Shown here: positions 1-9,117 of the stretch, piece after piece
Layout: each line of letters opens with the position of its first letter
Numbering within the stretch: position 1 is the first letter of the stretch
Sequence record: MK308675.1
Direction: 5' to 3' (one strand)
Length of the DNA stretch: 64,000 nucleotides
Translations under genes and position numbers: made by a program
Notes under the pieces: generated by a model
What the model was told of the DNA's origin: nothing
Seen by the model: only the letters and a program-made list of their open reading frames with translations
The model's database searches: none

Positions 1-60
1 GATTTGGCAGACATTGTAATCTCCTTTTGTACTACTAGATTTTACGAAAAAAAAATAAGT

Positions 61-82
61 TAGTCTCCCCGAAGGGAGACTA
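61..82 (-). terminator. Intrinsic terminator
   Basis: TAGTCTCCC-CGAA-GGGAGACTA stem preceded by an A-tract, giving hairpin plus CTTATTTTTTTT on the minus strand; follows ORF 87..395. Confidence 0.8.
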
Positions 83-86
83 GCGA

Positions 87-395
87 CTAGTAGGTAAGCT
101 TATAGACGACTACTTCGCCTTGCTTAGCTCTGCGATTGAACCAAAGCTCGTTACCTATTTTAGTGATGGTATTAAAGACATGCTTCTCTGTAACAGACTT
201 CATCTCTTTGTCCCATGCTTTAATAAGCAGCGTGCTTCCGTTGTACTCGATTGAGTAAATGCCGGGGTCCCCTGTGCCAGTAAAGTAAAGGTCGCGTAAA
301 AGCCCCTTCCCTTTAACCGGTAACATAAAGGCATCCTTTCTCGGCATGTTAACGCCGTACTTCTCTAAGGTTCTTACTAGGTCTGATGCCATCAT
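87..395 (-). CDS. Hypothetical protein
   Basis: 102 aa ORF with SD-like GGAG and a downstream terminator. Confidence 0.7.
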   Translation of the reverse strand: MMASDLVRTLEKYGVNMPRKDAFMLPVKGKGLLRDLYFTGTGDPGIYSIEYNGSTLLIKAWDKEMKSVTEKHVFNTITKIGNELWFNRRAKQGEVVVYKLTY

Positions 396-407
396 AATTG
401 GGTACTC

Positions 408-899
408 CTATAAAGCCAAACAAATAAGCGCAGTCTTTGTATGCGCCAAGTGATTAGGCAGCGAATCCACGCGATAGCTCTTGCGGTCACTCCACGGGAA
501 AATTTCTTTACAGTTTAGACACATACAGTCTCGGTGTGAGACGCAGCACCATTCGGTTTCAGAAAGACCAACGGTATGAACGCCATTGAAACGAACGACA
601 AGTCCATGGTCGCATTTCGGACATGCTGTAAAGCGAGTGCTCTTAGTCTTCATATTCTGAAGCTTAGAGAGTTCTAAAGTAGGATAACGCGCAAGAATAC
701 TTTTCACATCCAGCCCCATCCCGTGGAACGTCTCTATCGCCCATGCTTGAGCGTCTACTCGGATTTTCCCCAAGGTCTTCATGTACTGGATTGCCTCGAA
801 GCGGCGTACGCCGTTAGCCATCGCGGAGAAAGCATGCATTCGCTTCCATAGTTCTACGCGAACATCTTCCGGTATTCTGTTTTCCATTTTCTTCTCCAA
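408..899 (-). CDS. Hypothetical protein with Cys-rich zinc-ribbon-like C-terminus
   Basis: CPKC...CCVSHRDCMCLNC cluster; SD GGAG. Confidence 0.65.
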   Translation of the reverse strand: MEKKMENRIPEDVRVELWKRMHAFSAMANGVRRFEAIQYMKTLGKIRVDAQAWAIETFHGMGLDVKSILARYPTLELSKLQNMKTKSTRFTACPKCDHGLVVRFNGVHTVGLSETEWCCVSHRDCMCLNCKEIFPWSDRKSYRVDSLPNHLAHTKTALICLAL

Positions 900-917
900 A
901 ATTAAGTATAAAGAAAA

Positions 918-939
918 GGAGAGTTCCGAAGAACCCTCC
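918..939 (-). terminator. Intrinsic terminator
   Basis: Minus strand GGAGGGTTC-TTCG-GAACTCTCC followed by TTTTCTTT. Confidence 0.75.
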
Positions 940-944
940 TCCCT

Positions 945-1610
945 TTAACGCAGATTTAGATAGACAAGTTCGTACGGTCGGCCCTTCGGCTTCAGTGCGA
1001 CTTCCATCTTAATGTTGTCAAAAGCGCAAACCATAAGACCACGATAAAACATATTCCACATCATGCTATCTCTTACCAGAGCTCGCTTGAGGTTGGATTT
1101 GAGCCATTCGGGAACCTTACCAGTCTCCTCTTTGAACTTACGCTCATATGCCTTCTGTAGCTTAGGCCAGTCTTCCCCTATCTTCTCTGGGTACTCTTTG
1201 TGAATAAGGTCCCAAAGTACGCGCAAGATTTCACCTGGGTTCTGTTCATGAATAATCGGAATGTTGATTGAGACTCGCTTAGTCTCCCCGTTTTCAGTAA
1301 GCTCCATAGAGAAGCGAACATCTTCGAAGTTAAACACGCTGAGTCCCTGACAAAAACGTTCCCAGGTCATCTTATCCTTAGCCAGGTCTTTAGGGATGTT
1401 TCCCTTAAGGTTTGTCGCTTTAGATTTCCCTATCGCCATGTTCAAGTCATAGATATAGTTCTGAAATAAAGCTTCCCAGATAGGAGCACGTACGTCAAGG
1501 TTATAGAGTGACAAACGCCAGAGTCTAGAAAGTACACAATTCACATTGCTGATAAGAGAGACGTCATTCTCCATCAGCTTGTATATTTCCTTCTTCTTAT
1601 CTTCTGCCAT
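945..1610 (-). CDS. Conserved jumbo-phage hypothetical protein with internal duplication
   Basis: Start moved to ATG 1610 (GAGG SD); repeated motif MTWERFCQGLSVFNF / MMWNMFYRGLMVCAF. Confidence 0.7.
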   Translation of the reverse strand: MAEDKKKEIYKLMENDVSLISNVNCVLSRLWRLSLYNLDVRAPIWEALFQNYIYDLNMAIGKSKATNLKGNIPKDLAKDKMTWERFCQGLSVFNFEDVRFSMELTENGETKRVSINIPIIHEQNPGEILRVLWDLIHKEYPEKIGEDWPKLQKAYERKFKEETGKVPEWLKSNLKRALVRDSMMWNMFYRGLMVCAFDNIKMEVALKPKGRPYELVYLNLR

Positions 1611-1617
1611 TTTTACC

Positions 1618-2109
1618 TCACGGTTGAGAAATGCATCGTAACCACATAAGTGTATCGTGGGCGATGCGGTAATAACAGCCATTAACCCGGCTGTTGTGGG
1701 GACCGGTTTCTTCTAACGTCTTAGACAGTTTTACGATAGCTCGCAAAAGTCGTTCAGTTAGAACTTCGGCATTGGTTCCTTCTTCATCAGTTCCCCACGG
1801 ACCAACACTTCTAGCAGTAGCTACTGTGCCTTCAGGTTGGTAGGGTCCCTGTTCGACAGTGCGGTTACTAACATGTTCCGCTTCGCGCACTAGGTGCCCG
1901 AGTTTATCGAAAAAGAAAACCTGTTCGTTTTCGCGCAGAGCCAAGAGATTAATCTCTATGTCTCTGAACCATTTGTGCTGCTTAGAGATTGCCTCCAAAG
2001 CTTCCAATGAAGGAAAGTCAATCCTACCATGTTCATAGTAAGACTTCATTTCCCAGAGTGAAATCTTTCGCTGTAATCCCGCAAGCCGCTTTTTAACTAG
2101 CTTTAACAT
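1618..2109 (-). CDS. Hypothetical protein
   Basis: 163 aa ORF downstream of a TATATTAC motif. Confidence 0.65.
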   Translation of the reverse strand: MLKLVKKRLAGLQRKISLWEMKSYYEHGRIDFPSLEALEAISKQHKWFRDIEINLLALRENEQVFFFDKLGHLVREAEHVSNRTVEQGPYQPEGTVATARSVGPWGTDEEGTNAEVLTERLLRAIVKLSKTLEETGPHNSRVNGCYYRIAHDTLMWLRCISQP

Positions 2110-2166
2110 AGGCCTATGTCTCTAATTAAGTAGTGGACGTAAGCATTTATAGAATGCTACATAATA

Positions 2167-2174
2167 GTAATATA
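2167..2174 (-). promoter_or_regulatory. phiKZ-type early promoter motif TATATTAC
   Basis: GTAATATA on plus strand, about 60 nt upstream of ORF 1618..2109; matches the recalled phiKZ early consensus. Confidence 0.6.
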
Positions 2175-2206
2175 GGTTTTATTTTTACTTGATTGAGGAA
2201 CCTACC

Positions 2207-2659
2207 ATGGCAGAAATTAGCCCCGAGCAAGCTGAAGAGCTTGCAAACCAAGCCGCAGCCGACACTCAGAATTCTTACCAGCTTTTAGACTGGTTAGAGG
2301 AAGACCCTGCGAAACGAATCGCTCGAGTGCAGCAGGTCCGTATGCACTTATTGCAGACCAACGGCTACATCGACAAAGAACAAGCGAAGATGTTGAAAGA
2401 TATCACATCTACCGACTTAGGCCTAATGCGTCTGGATGTAGACAAAGACAATGCCAATGGTTTGGCGGCACTTTCTACAGCCGTGGCAGAAATGTTCATG
2501 CAGCGTACAGAAGCTCCTTTCCGTACAATTGATGGTCCAGCAACAGCTGACGCCGCTCCTCAGTTGGAAGCCGAAGAGTTAGGCGATAAGGAAGTTCCAA
2601 ATTGGGCCCTTAGCCAAGAACTCGCCGATATCCAATACGAAGAAATCATAACGAAATAA
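2207..2659 (+). CDS. Hypothetical protein, acidic
   Basis: Start moved to ATG 2207 (GAGGA SD); convergent with 2707..3390 across a terminator. Confidence 0.7.
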   Translation: MAEISPEQAEELANQAAADTQNSYQLLDWLEEDPAKRIARVQQVRMHLLQTNGYIDKEQAKMLKDITSTDLGLMRLDVDKDNANGLAALSTAVAEMFMQRTEAPFRTIDGPATADAAPQLEAEELGDKEVPNWALSQELADIQYEEIITK

Positions 2660-2665
2660 TAAAAG

Positions 2666-2695
2666 ACCTCTGTCTCCCGCAAAGGAGACAGAGGT
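2666..2695. terminator. Bidirectional terminator
   Basis: Perfect 12-bp stem ACCTCTGTCTCC/GGAGACAGAGGT between convergent genes. Confidence 0.85.
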
Positions 2696-2706
2696 AATAC
2701 ATCACC

Positions 2707-3390
2707 CTAGGCTGGGATGATAAACGAGAAGTCATCCAGGGGCACTGGAGTGACATCTATTGCAACGCGCAATGTCCGTTTAACCTCTTCTACGACCTCA
2801 GCAGGCGGTAGGCCCATATCCTTATGTTGGATGTAGGGGTGGATAGTTTCCACTCGAGGTATAGGACACTTCGCGAGTGCCTGGTTATGAACATTCAACC
2901 AGCTGTCGAAGTCGTAAGTAATGAACAACTCAAACTCGCTTAGTAATGAAGGCGTTATGAGTCCCAAGTCTAACGAGACGAAATCCACAGCATGGAACTC
3001 GGTCGCATAGAGCAATGTTTCTCTTAACTGCTTTCTATGTTCATCGGGTAACTTGTACGGATACAGGTTAACCACAAGGGTTGTCACAGACTCATTAACT
3101 TTGCTAACGTTCTGTGCGTAAGTGGCGCGGGCAAACATCTTTAGTCGGCTCACAATTGAAGTCATTGCAGACTTTGTGATATGTCCGTATGTTCTGCCCG
3201 CATATGTGTCTTCGAAGTCCTTTTGAGGAAACCCCGGAATGAGTCTGTCAAACTTATCGTCCAGACGCTTGAAGTAACGTTCGTCCTTTGCTAACACTTC
3301 GGCATGCTGTGGCCACAGGCCAGCGATAATACCGATGCGTGTGTCCAATAAGCTATCCAAGTCAACGAAGGCTTTAACGTTTTCTATCAT
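2707..3390 (-). CDS. HAD-like (DxD) conserved jumbo-phage protein
   Basis: N-terminal FVDLDSLLD motif I-like sequence; later ITYDFD motif. Confidence 0.55.
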   Translation of the reverse strand: MIENVKAFVDLDSLLDTRIGIIAGLWPQHAEVLAKDERYFKRLDDKFDRLIPGFPQKDFEDTYAGRTYGHITKSAMTSIVSRLKMFARATYAQNVSKVNESVTTLVVNLYPYKLPDEHRKQLRETLLYATEFHAVDFVSLDLGLITPSLLSEFELFITYDFDSWLNVHNQALAKCPIPRVETIHPYIQHKDMGLPPAEVVEEVKRTLRVAIDVTPVPLDDFSFIIPA

Positions 3391-3821
3391 TGGTCAAGGT
3401 CCATGAGTTCGAGCATTCGACAGAAGATAAGCTCTGGAAATTTAGAGAGCTCTTCTCGCAGTGCTTTCTGTTCTTCTTCCTTTAGACGGAAAGAACATGA
3501 AACTCCGTCTAAGAAACGTGCCAGTTCATCAGGTGACTGGATGCCGCGCGTAACGGCTTTGTCCATGTACTGACGCATCGTAGTATGAATGCCATAACTG
3601 CGAAGCTTCTCCAATAGTTCTGTTTTACGAGAACTAGAAGGGTCAGGGCCACAGATGTCATACTTAACTTTAGAGATTTCGATAACAAGCTCTAAGGTAG
3701 AAGTGTCTTCGATGAAAGGCTGTGAAAGGAAGTGCAGGACTTCCTTATTGAAAGCCGGAAGCATGTCCAGATATTCTCTGCGCGGTCCCGGCATTTCGAT
3801 TTTCTTATCTTTGTTAAACAT
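3387..3821 (-). CDS. Hypothetical protein
   Basis: 144 aa ORF with ATGA overlap into the next gene. Confidence 0.65.
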   Translation of the reverse strand: MFNKDKKIEMPGPRREYLDMLPAFNKEVLHFLSQPFIEDTSTLELVIEISKVKYDICGPDPSSSRKTELLEKLRSYGIHTTMRQYMDKAVTRGIQSPDELARFLDGVSCSFRLKEEEQKALREELSKFPELIFCRMLELMDLDQ

Positions 3822-3829
3822 AGTTTATC

Positions 3830-4495
3830 CTACAAGGTTGAGGACAGACCCATGCCTCGCAATAGCTTGTTAGTCGTACTGATAATCTTCGGACGACTAT
3901 TAGCGTCGATGATTGGGCCTAGAGAGAAACCGCCGGTATCTCGAATCTGTTCCATCATAGAACGATAAGCTTCTTTATCACCGCCACGGACTTTAATCAG
4001 CTCAATGATGCCTTGGGCATTGCCCTTAGCATTAAGTGCTGTTAGTTCCGGTAGCGACATAGACGCTGATTTAGAGTCACCAGTAACCTGACCTGAAAGT
4101 TGGTCAACCACTTTGTTAGACGATGCGGTACTGCGCTTCTTAACCAAGTGTTGAATCTGTCGACGTACCTGCAATTCCAAGATAAGATAACGGACAGGAG
4201 ATAAGCTTGTCTCACGTGTAACTGAGTCAGTCATTTCGATACGCTGGAACCAGCTAATACCTAATTTTTCACCGACCTTCATTACATGTTCGTAATCCAT
4301 GCCTTCACCTTCCATATTGAAAGAGCGAATAGCGAGTACGTCTTTCTCGTCACGAATGAGCTGCATCATTGCATCGAACTCTTCGTCCGTTAAGCGAGCA
4401 AAGAGTTCTTTATACAGTTCTTTGTTACGAACTGGGGCTTTAACTTCATCTAGAAATTTAAGCCATTCAGTTTCTACCTTTTTACGGTTAGCCAT
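3830..4495 (-). CDS. Virion RNA polymerase beta subunit, C-terminal fragment (phiKZ gp149-like)
   Basis: RRQIQHLVKKRS...VDQLSGQVTGDSKSASMSLPEL resembles the RpoB C-terminal switch region ([25 protein letters not shown]); size and context next to uvsX match phiKZ-like phages. Confidence 0.8.
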   Translation of the reverse strand: MANRKKVETEWLKFLDEVKAPVRNKELYKELFARLTDEEFDAMMQLIRDEKDVLAIRSFNMEGEGMDYEHVMKVGEKLGISWFQRIEMTDSVTRETSLSPVRYLILELQVRRQIQHLVKKRSTASSNKVVDQLSGQVTGDSKSASMSLPELTALNAKGNAQGIIELIKVRGGDKEAYRSMMEQIRDTGGFSLGPIIDANSRPKIISTTNKLLRGMGLSSTL

Positions 4496-4504
4496 GTCGA
4501 CTCC

Positions 4505-4771
4505 TTAGAAAGTTTTCAGTGAAGGGAGCCAAACATTATTGAATTGGTGTTTGAAATGCTTATCGTCAGTAATGCCGATAAACGTAGGCTCCAGGGCAGC
4601 CTTCTCATTGGCAGTGAGAGAAGACTGGGTCACGGCGAGTCTGACGACTTCCGTTAGCCATAAAATTTGACTATCTTTGGAAACCTTTACTTCTTCAAAT
4701 AACTTCCACGTGGCCGACTGACCTATCGCGTCGGAAAGACCCCGCGCGACGTGGCCTTCTAACTTCTTCAT
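4505..4771 (-). CDS. Hypothetical protein
   Basis: 88 aa, TAATG-coupled to the upstream gene. Confidence 0.65.
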   Translation of the reverse strand: MKKLEGHVARGLSDAIGQSATWKLFEEVKVSKDSQILWLTEVVRLAVTQSSLTANEKAALEPTFIGITDDKHFKHQFNNVWLPSLKTF

Positions 4772-5139
4772 TATTTGAGTTCTCCACAGTACTCAAAGTC
4801 AATGCCTCGTTCTTTACACATGGCCTCTATTATGTCGACTAATAGAAGCCTGTGACAGAACTTACCTGCCTTACACCAACAGCCTAAACAAAGCGTTTCA
4901 GAAGTCAACAAGTCTTCCCAGAAGTCTGGGTCTAATTCATAACTCTTCCTCATCATCTCGTTAAACACGGCCGCGTATCTCTCATCGGTCCAATAAGGGT
5001 CATTGTTTTTATGACCCATGACCATCTCCCATGAGGGAGCGAGTTGAGACCAGCCAGACTTTATTGATGTGTCAATGAAAGGAACGCCTATCTCTCTAGG
5101 CAGTTCCGGTTTCGTGACTTGGCAGGTATATAGTTGCAT
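4771..5139 (-). CDS. DUF488-like protein
   Basis: LAPSWEM...Y...F and CLGCWCKAGKFCHRLLL motifs; TAATG-coupled to uvsX. Confidence 0.65.
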   Translation of the reverse strand: MQLYTCQVTKPELPREIGVPFIDTSIKSGWSQLAPSWEMVMGHKNNDPYWTDERYAAVFNEMMRKSYELDPDFWEDLLTSETLCLGCWCKAGKFCHRLLLVDIIEAMCKERGIDFEYCGELK

Positions 5140-6602
5140 TACTTACGGTCGCCAATTTTCCAGTGTTCTTCGATAAGAGTTTTCTTATCGTCTTTTAGGA
5201 AGTAAGGATGGTATTCACCTGCTGCAACGCGAAGTAAGTCTAGAGTAGACAGGAATGGCTTCTGGCCTTCTTCGTCTTCTAGGTACATCCAGTAACCGCG
5301 TGTATCAAGCAGTTGCTCAATGTCATAACCTTGCTTAGCGATGCGGTCAAATACTTCCGCCGGTTCAACGTGTAGGTTCTCGTCTACATTACGCCAAATC
5401 TTGCGCATCTGTAGCATTTCAGATGTGAACTCTAGAGCACGTTTAACTTTAGGGTTCTCTTCAATGATGCGGCGAATAGTCGTACGCTCCATTGTTACAT
5501 CTGGGTAGAGGTCAAGGTGATAACGACGGTCATTGCCGCCAATGCCGAACTTCTTGTTCTCTTTCAAGTACAAGTATTCAGTTAGACCAACTTTAATACC
5601 TTCAGTCTGAGAAACAACAATAGGGAAGTAGATACCAGACTGACCACCTTTGTTACGAGAGTTAACCGCAGTGATGAGGAAAAGGTCATTACCTTCTTCA
5701 CGGTCAGCAGCGATTAGCGGGAACAGAGGAGCTTTGTCTGCTTGGTTCTTAAGCGGTTTAGTGTTAAGCACTTCTACTAAGTGGTCGTTGATGTATTGGA
5801 ACTTCTCAGGTACACCTTTCGCTTTCGCACCGTTCTTAGAGAACGTTAGTTCGATAGGCTTAGGAGCGTACGGGTCCATTTCAATACGGTTACCGATGTG
5901 AGCAGTACAGCTGAAGTAAACATCACCTTGCACAGTAACGTTAGGCAGCTGGATAATCATTTGCGTTTTAGCAGCACCATCTTTCATGAACATGGTGTTG
6001 TTCTTCGCATCGCCGATTTCGTTCTTGTCAACAATCTTGTCGTCAACAGAAGCTACAGAGAACGCAGACAGAGAGTCACAGACAGCGTGAGTCGCAGCCA
6101 TGCGCTGCATCATGTCGCCTTTAGAGTCACGAATAGGGAGAGTACGCATAATGCTTCTAGCATTCTTCTGCTTCTCTTTAGACATGTCTTTAACAAGGTC
6201 GAACCATTTCTCACCACCTAGGTCAGCTTTCTGCATGAACATAAGTAGTGGGTCTTCGCTGTATGCTTGCTGAGCAAAGTCCGTACCACGCAGATTAGGC
6301 ATGTTCATTGCAATACGGTTAAAGCGAGTGTATTTCAGTGAGTTCTCTGTATCGTACACAACGGCACGGTGAGAAGGGTAGCGGTCTAGACACGTCATTG
6401 TCGGGAATAGAACCAAGTCCGTCTTAAACGAGTTACCTGGGCCTGTAAACGAGGTGACGAAAGACTGACCGCCCATGAGTACCATTTCACCACGAATACC
6501 TTTTACATAAGTGCCCTGAGGAATGTCAAAAAGGCAACCGATATTAAAGGCAGGGCGAATAGGTGGTGCAATGAATTCTTGCCCTTTAAATAGGTTAAGC
6601 AT
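5139..6602 (-). CDS. uvsX: UvsX/RecA-like recombinase (phiKZ gp152-like)
   Basis: Walker A GPGNSFKT, VYDTE, Walker B-like VCDSLSA, TAHIG and RNKGGQSG motifs; 487 aa. Confidence 0.85.
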   Translation of the reverse strand: MLNLFKGQEFIAPPIRPAFNIGCLFDIPQGTYVKGIRGEMVLMGGQSFVTSFTGPGNSFKTDLVLFPTMTCLDRYPSHRAVVYDTENSLKYTRFNRIAMNMPNLRGTDFAQQAYSEDPLLMFMQKADLGGEKWFDLVKDMSKEKQKNARSIMRTLPIRDSKGDMMQRMAATHAVCDSLSAFSVASVDDKIVDKNEIGDAKNNTMFMKDGAAKTQMIIQLPNVTVQGDVYFSCTAHIGNRIEMDPYAPKPIELTFSKNGAKAKGVPEKFQYINDHLVEVLNTKPLKNQADKAPLFPLIAADREEGNDLFLITAVNSRNKGGQSGIYFPIVVSQTEGIKVGLTEYLYLKENKKFGIGGNDRRYHLDLYPDVTMERTTIRRIIEENPKVKRALEFTSEMLQMRKIWRNVDENLHVEPAEVFDRIAKQGYDIEQLLDTRGYWMYLEDEEGQKPFLSTLDLLRVAAGEYHPYFLKDDKKTLIEEHWKIGDRK

Positions 6603-6631
6603 GAGGTGTCTCCGTTTGTCAAATATTGTAG

Positions 6632-6637
6632 GTAATA
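6632..6637 (-). promoter_or_regulatory. TATTAC promoter-like motif upstream of uvsX
   Basis: Minus strand AAAGTATTAC about 30 nt before the uvsX start. Confidence 0.4.
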
Positions 6638-6688
6638 CTTTCCTAGACCATTGGCCAGGTCTATTTCAAATCACAAGAGTACTCTAAA

Positions 6689-7555
6689 ATGAACATTCAT
6701 CAATTAGCTAACCAGTTAGCACGAGAAGTTCAAGAAGGTGATGAAATTTCCATGGAATCTTTCGATTCTTTCTTTGGATATTTGAGCGCCTTCCGAAACA
6801 AACTCTCAGTACAAATCACAAAGCTTTTTAACGAAGATTTTAAAGCGCTTGACGTTACTCCAGAGACATACGCTAAGCTCGAGTCTCTCCTGTCTCAAAA
6901 AGGACTTGATTACAACGACATTGCTAAAGTAGTCATCTACCGCCCAGAAGCAATGACTAGCCCTATGGTGGATTTCACCAAAGAGCTTTACCAACAGTTT
7001 GCTTTGATGGGTTCACTACAAGACCGCCTATATCGCCCTGCGATTAGCTGGTTCGCTCAAGCAGCTTCCCGTGATGAGTTCATGGAGAAGGTGTGGAAAG
7101 ACAAAAACCTTCTTATGGTTGATGTCGAGAAACTGCAGAAAGAAATGCGTCGTCACTATAAGAACGACCGTGGACGTGAAGGTCCAGACATGGAATCTGT
7201 AGCGAAGCTTTATGGGTCACTTCGTCAGTTTGACCAAACACAACAGAACCTACATCTTTTAGCCGAAGCTGGTAAGCAATTCGACTTGAAGATTCTTAAG
7301 GATGCGGAAGAAACTCTTTCTATGCACATCATGGAACTTATTAAAGCGACTGATGAGCGTCAGGAAGAAGGTCAGGAAATCAAAGACATTCCTGAAGGTA
7401 CCCGTAAGCGCCTTGCCGAAGTGTTGCGCCATATCGCCATGGAGACCGAATACTTCTCGAGTCTAACCTTCCTTGCTACTACGGCAATCACATCTTGGAA
7501 CGACAGCCTAGCTAAAATCGAAGCTGCGTCAGACGAACTTAAGAAAGAGAAATAA
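6689..7555 (+). CDS. Virion head protein (phiKZ gp153-like) with propeptide
   Basis: ISMES matches the S/A/G-x-E prohead protease site of phiKZ-like phages; helical. Confidence 0.65.
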   Translation: MNIHQLANQLAREVQEGDEISMESFDSFFGYLSAFRNKLSVQITKLFNEDFKALDVTPETYAKLESLLSQKGLDYNDIAKVVIYRPEAMTSPMVDFTKELYQQFALMGSLQDRLYRPAISWFAQAASRDEFMEKVWKDKNLLMVDVEKLQKEMRRHYKNDRGREGPDMESVAKLYGSLRQFDQTQQNLHLLAEAGKQFDLKILKDAEETLSMHIMELIKATDERQEEGQEIKDIPEGTRKRLAEVLRHIAMETEYFSSLTFLATTAITSWNDSLAKIEAASDELKKEK

Positions 7556-7558
7556 GAA

Positions 7559-8779
7559 ATGAACTTATTACGTCAAGCGATTGCTGAGTCGCTCAAAAAA
7601 CAAGCAGACGAAGAAAAATACCTTGCGCCGGAAGGCTCAATGGAACCTGAACTAAAAGAAGATGAGATTGCAACTATCTTCGCCGAATACGAGCAAGAGA
7701 ACGCAGACCTTGTCGACGCGATGCATATTTATGCTAAGCTGGAAGAGATTGAAGCTCGCGCTGGCAACTCTTCTCCTGAAATGATTATCTACGCTGTTAA
7801 CGAAGCACTAGTGAAAGTTCCTGAACTTCAACTGGATACTGTTTCTATGGAATCGGCTAACGACGAGTTAACCACTGAAGTTGCAATGCTGGGTCTGGAA
7901 GACGTTAAGACTAAACTAAAAGACTTTATCTCTGGCGCTATGAAAACAGTAAAAGAGAAAATGTCTAAGATTGGTCGCGCAGTTAAAGATACGTTCCGTA
8001 CTGAGTATGGCCGTGCTAAGTCTATGTTAGAAGTATTAGACCAAGGCAAGGGCATGAAAGACGCTGCGGTTAAAGTATCTTCTGGTTACGTTCCTTACTT
8101 CCAGGTTAACGGTAAAGCGATTAGTCTGCAAGACGGCCTTAAGCGCATGGCGGCTTCTAGCGTTTACAAGAACCACAAAGCAATCACTGGCGGCTTCTAC
8201 GCAGCAGCTAAAGACGTAACGTTTGATGAAGCAGCAACTGTAGGTACTGGCGTGGCTCGCGCATCTCGTGCTATTCTGGAAGGTGCTAACGCTAAGATGG
8301 TGAAAGAAGTAGACGGCGTACGTGCTGGTCCTGACATCACTCTTTACGTAGCAGACGAAGGTCTACCTAACGGCCACAAAACGGTGTTCGCCGTGAAAGA
8401 GTCTACTCAAGGCGGCGAAGATACTACGTTCCTAGCATGGGGCCGTACAATAAATGATGGGCGTAAAGCTAAGAAACTAGCAGGCGACATCACTCTACAG
8501 CTAGGCGAGTCTGATGCGCGTACCGCACTTAAGACTATTATGCAGCTTTCCATGAACAACGATAAGCAGTATGATGAGTACGCTAAAGGCTACTGGGATG
8601 CTATCAGTGCTTACTGGAAGATGATTGATTCTAATACCTTCAATGGTGAACGTGCGCTTGCTATCTCTCGCATGGAGAAGAACTTCTTTGCTATGGCCGC
8701 TCACTTAGACGGCTTCTTCTTTGCACAAGGCTCAGCTTACAAAGCGTATGTTGGCGCTATCAAAGCGTGCATGAACTAA
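7559..8779 (+). CDS. Internal head (inner-body/ejection) protein
   Basis: Acidic propeptide with GSME, VSMES and GLED sites, then K/A-rich mature region; AT-rich highly expressed codon style. Confidence 0.75.
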   Translation: MNLLRQAIAESLKKQADEEKYLAPEGSMEPELKEDEIATIFAEYEQENADLVDAMHIYAKLEEIEARAGNSSPEMIIYAVNEALVKVPELQLDTVSMESANDELTTEVAMLGLEDVKTKLKDFISGAMKTVKEKMSKIGRAVKDTFRTEYGRAKSMLEVLDQGKGMKDAAVKVSSGYVPYFQVNGKAISLQDGLKRMAASSVYKNHKAITGGFYAAAKDVTFDEAATVGTGVARASRAILEGANAKMVKEVDGVRAGPDITLYVADEGLPNGHKTVFAVKESTQGGEDTTFLAWGRTINDGRKAKKLAGDITLQLGESDARTALKTIMQLSMNNDKQYDEYAKGYWDAISAYWKMIDSNTFNGERALAISRMEKNFFAMAAHLDGFFFAQGSAYKAYVGAIKACMN

Positions 8780-8791
8780 GATACAAAGTTA

Positions 8792-8820
8792 TCTCCTATC
8801 TCCCTCGGGAGATAGGAGGT
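8792..8820. terminator. Bidirectional terminator
   Basis: CTCCTATCTCC-CTCG-GGAGATAGGAG stem followed by T-tract. Confidence 0.85.
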
Positions 8821-8823
8821 TTC

Positions 8824-9117
8824 TTATTGCTTCAGTAGCATACTTAGAGAGTCTAGCTTAGCCGCTAACTGTTCTTTATGGCCTGCGTCCATATGAGTGA
8901 TTTCCATCTTACCCACAAAGATGCGTCCTTGTTCAAACATCTGGTCATTGAACCATACTAGACAAGGATAGGAATGAGGCCAGTTAGTCACAGCGTTGCG
9001 TACTTCCTTTCGACTGTAACCGCTATCTTTAATACCCATCGATTGATAGAGGGCTTGGTTAAAGCCCGCCTGTGTGTGGACGAGGTAAACCCCGCCAACG
9101 ATTTTCTCAAAGTTCAT
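8824..9117 (-). CDS. Hypothetical protein
   Basis: 97 aa, TAATG-coupled to sbcC. Confidence 0.65.
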   Translation of the reverse strand: MNFEKIVGGVYLVHTQAGFNQALYQSMGIKDSGYSRKEVRNAVTNWPHSYPCLVWFNDQMFEQGRIFVGKMEITHMDAGHKEQLAAKLDSLSMLLKQ

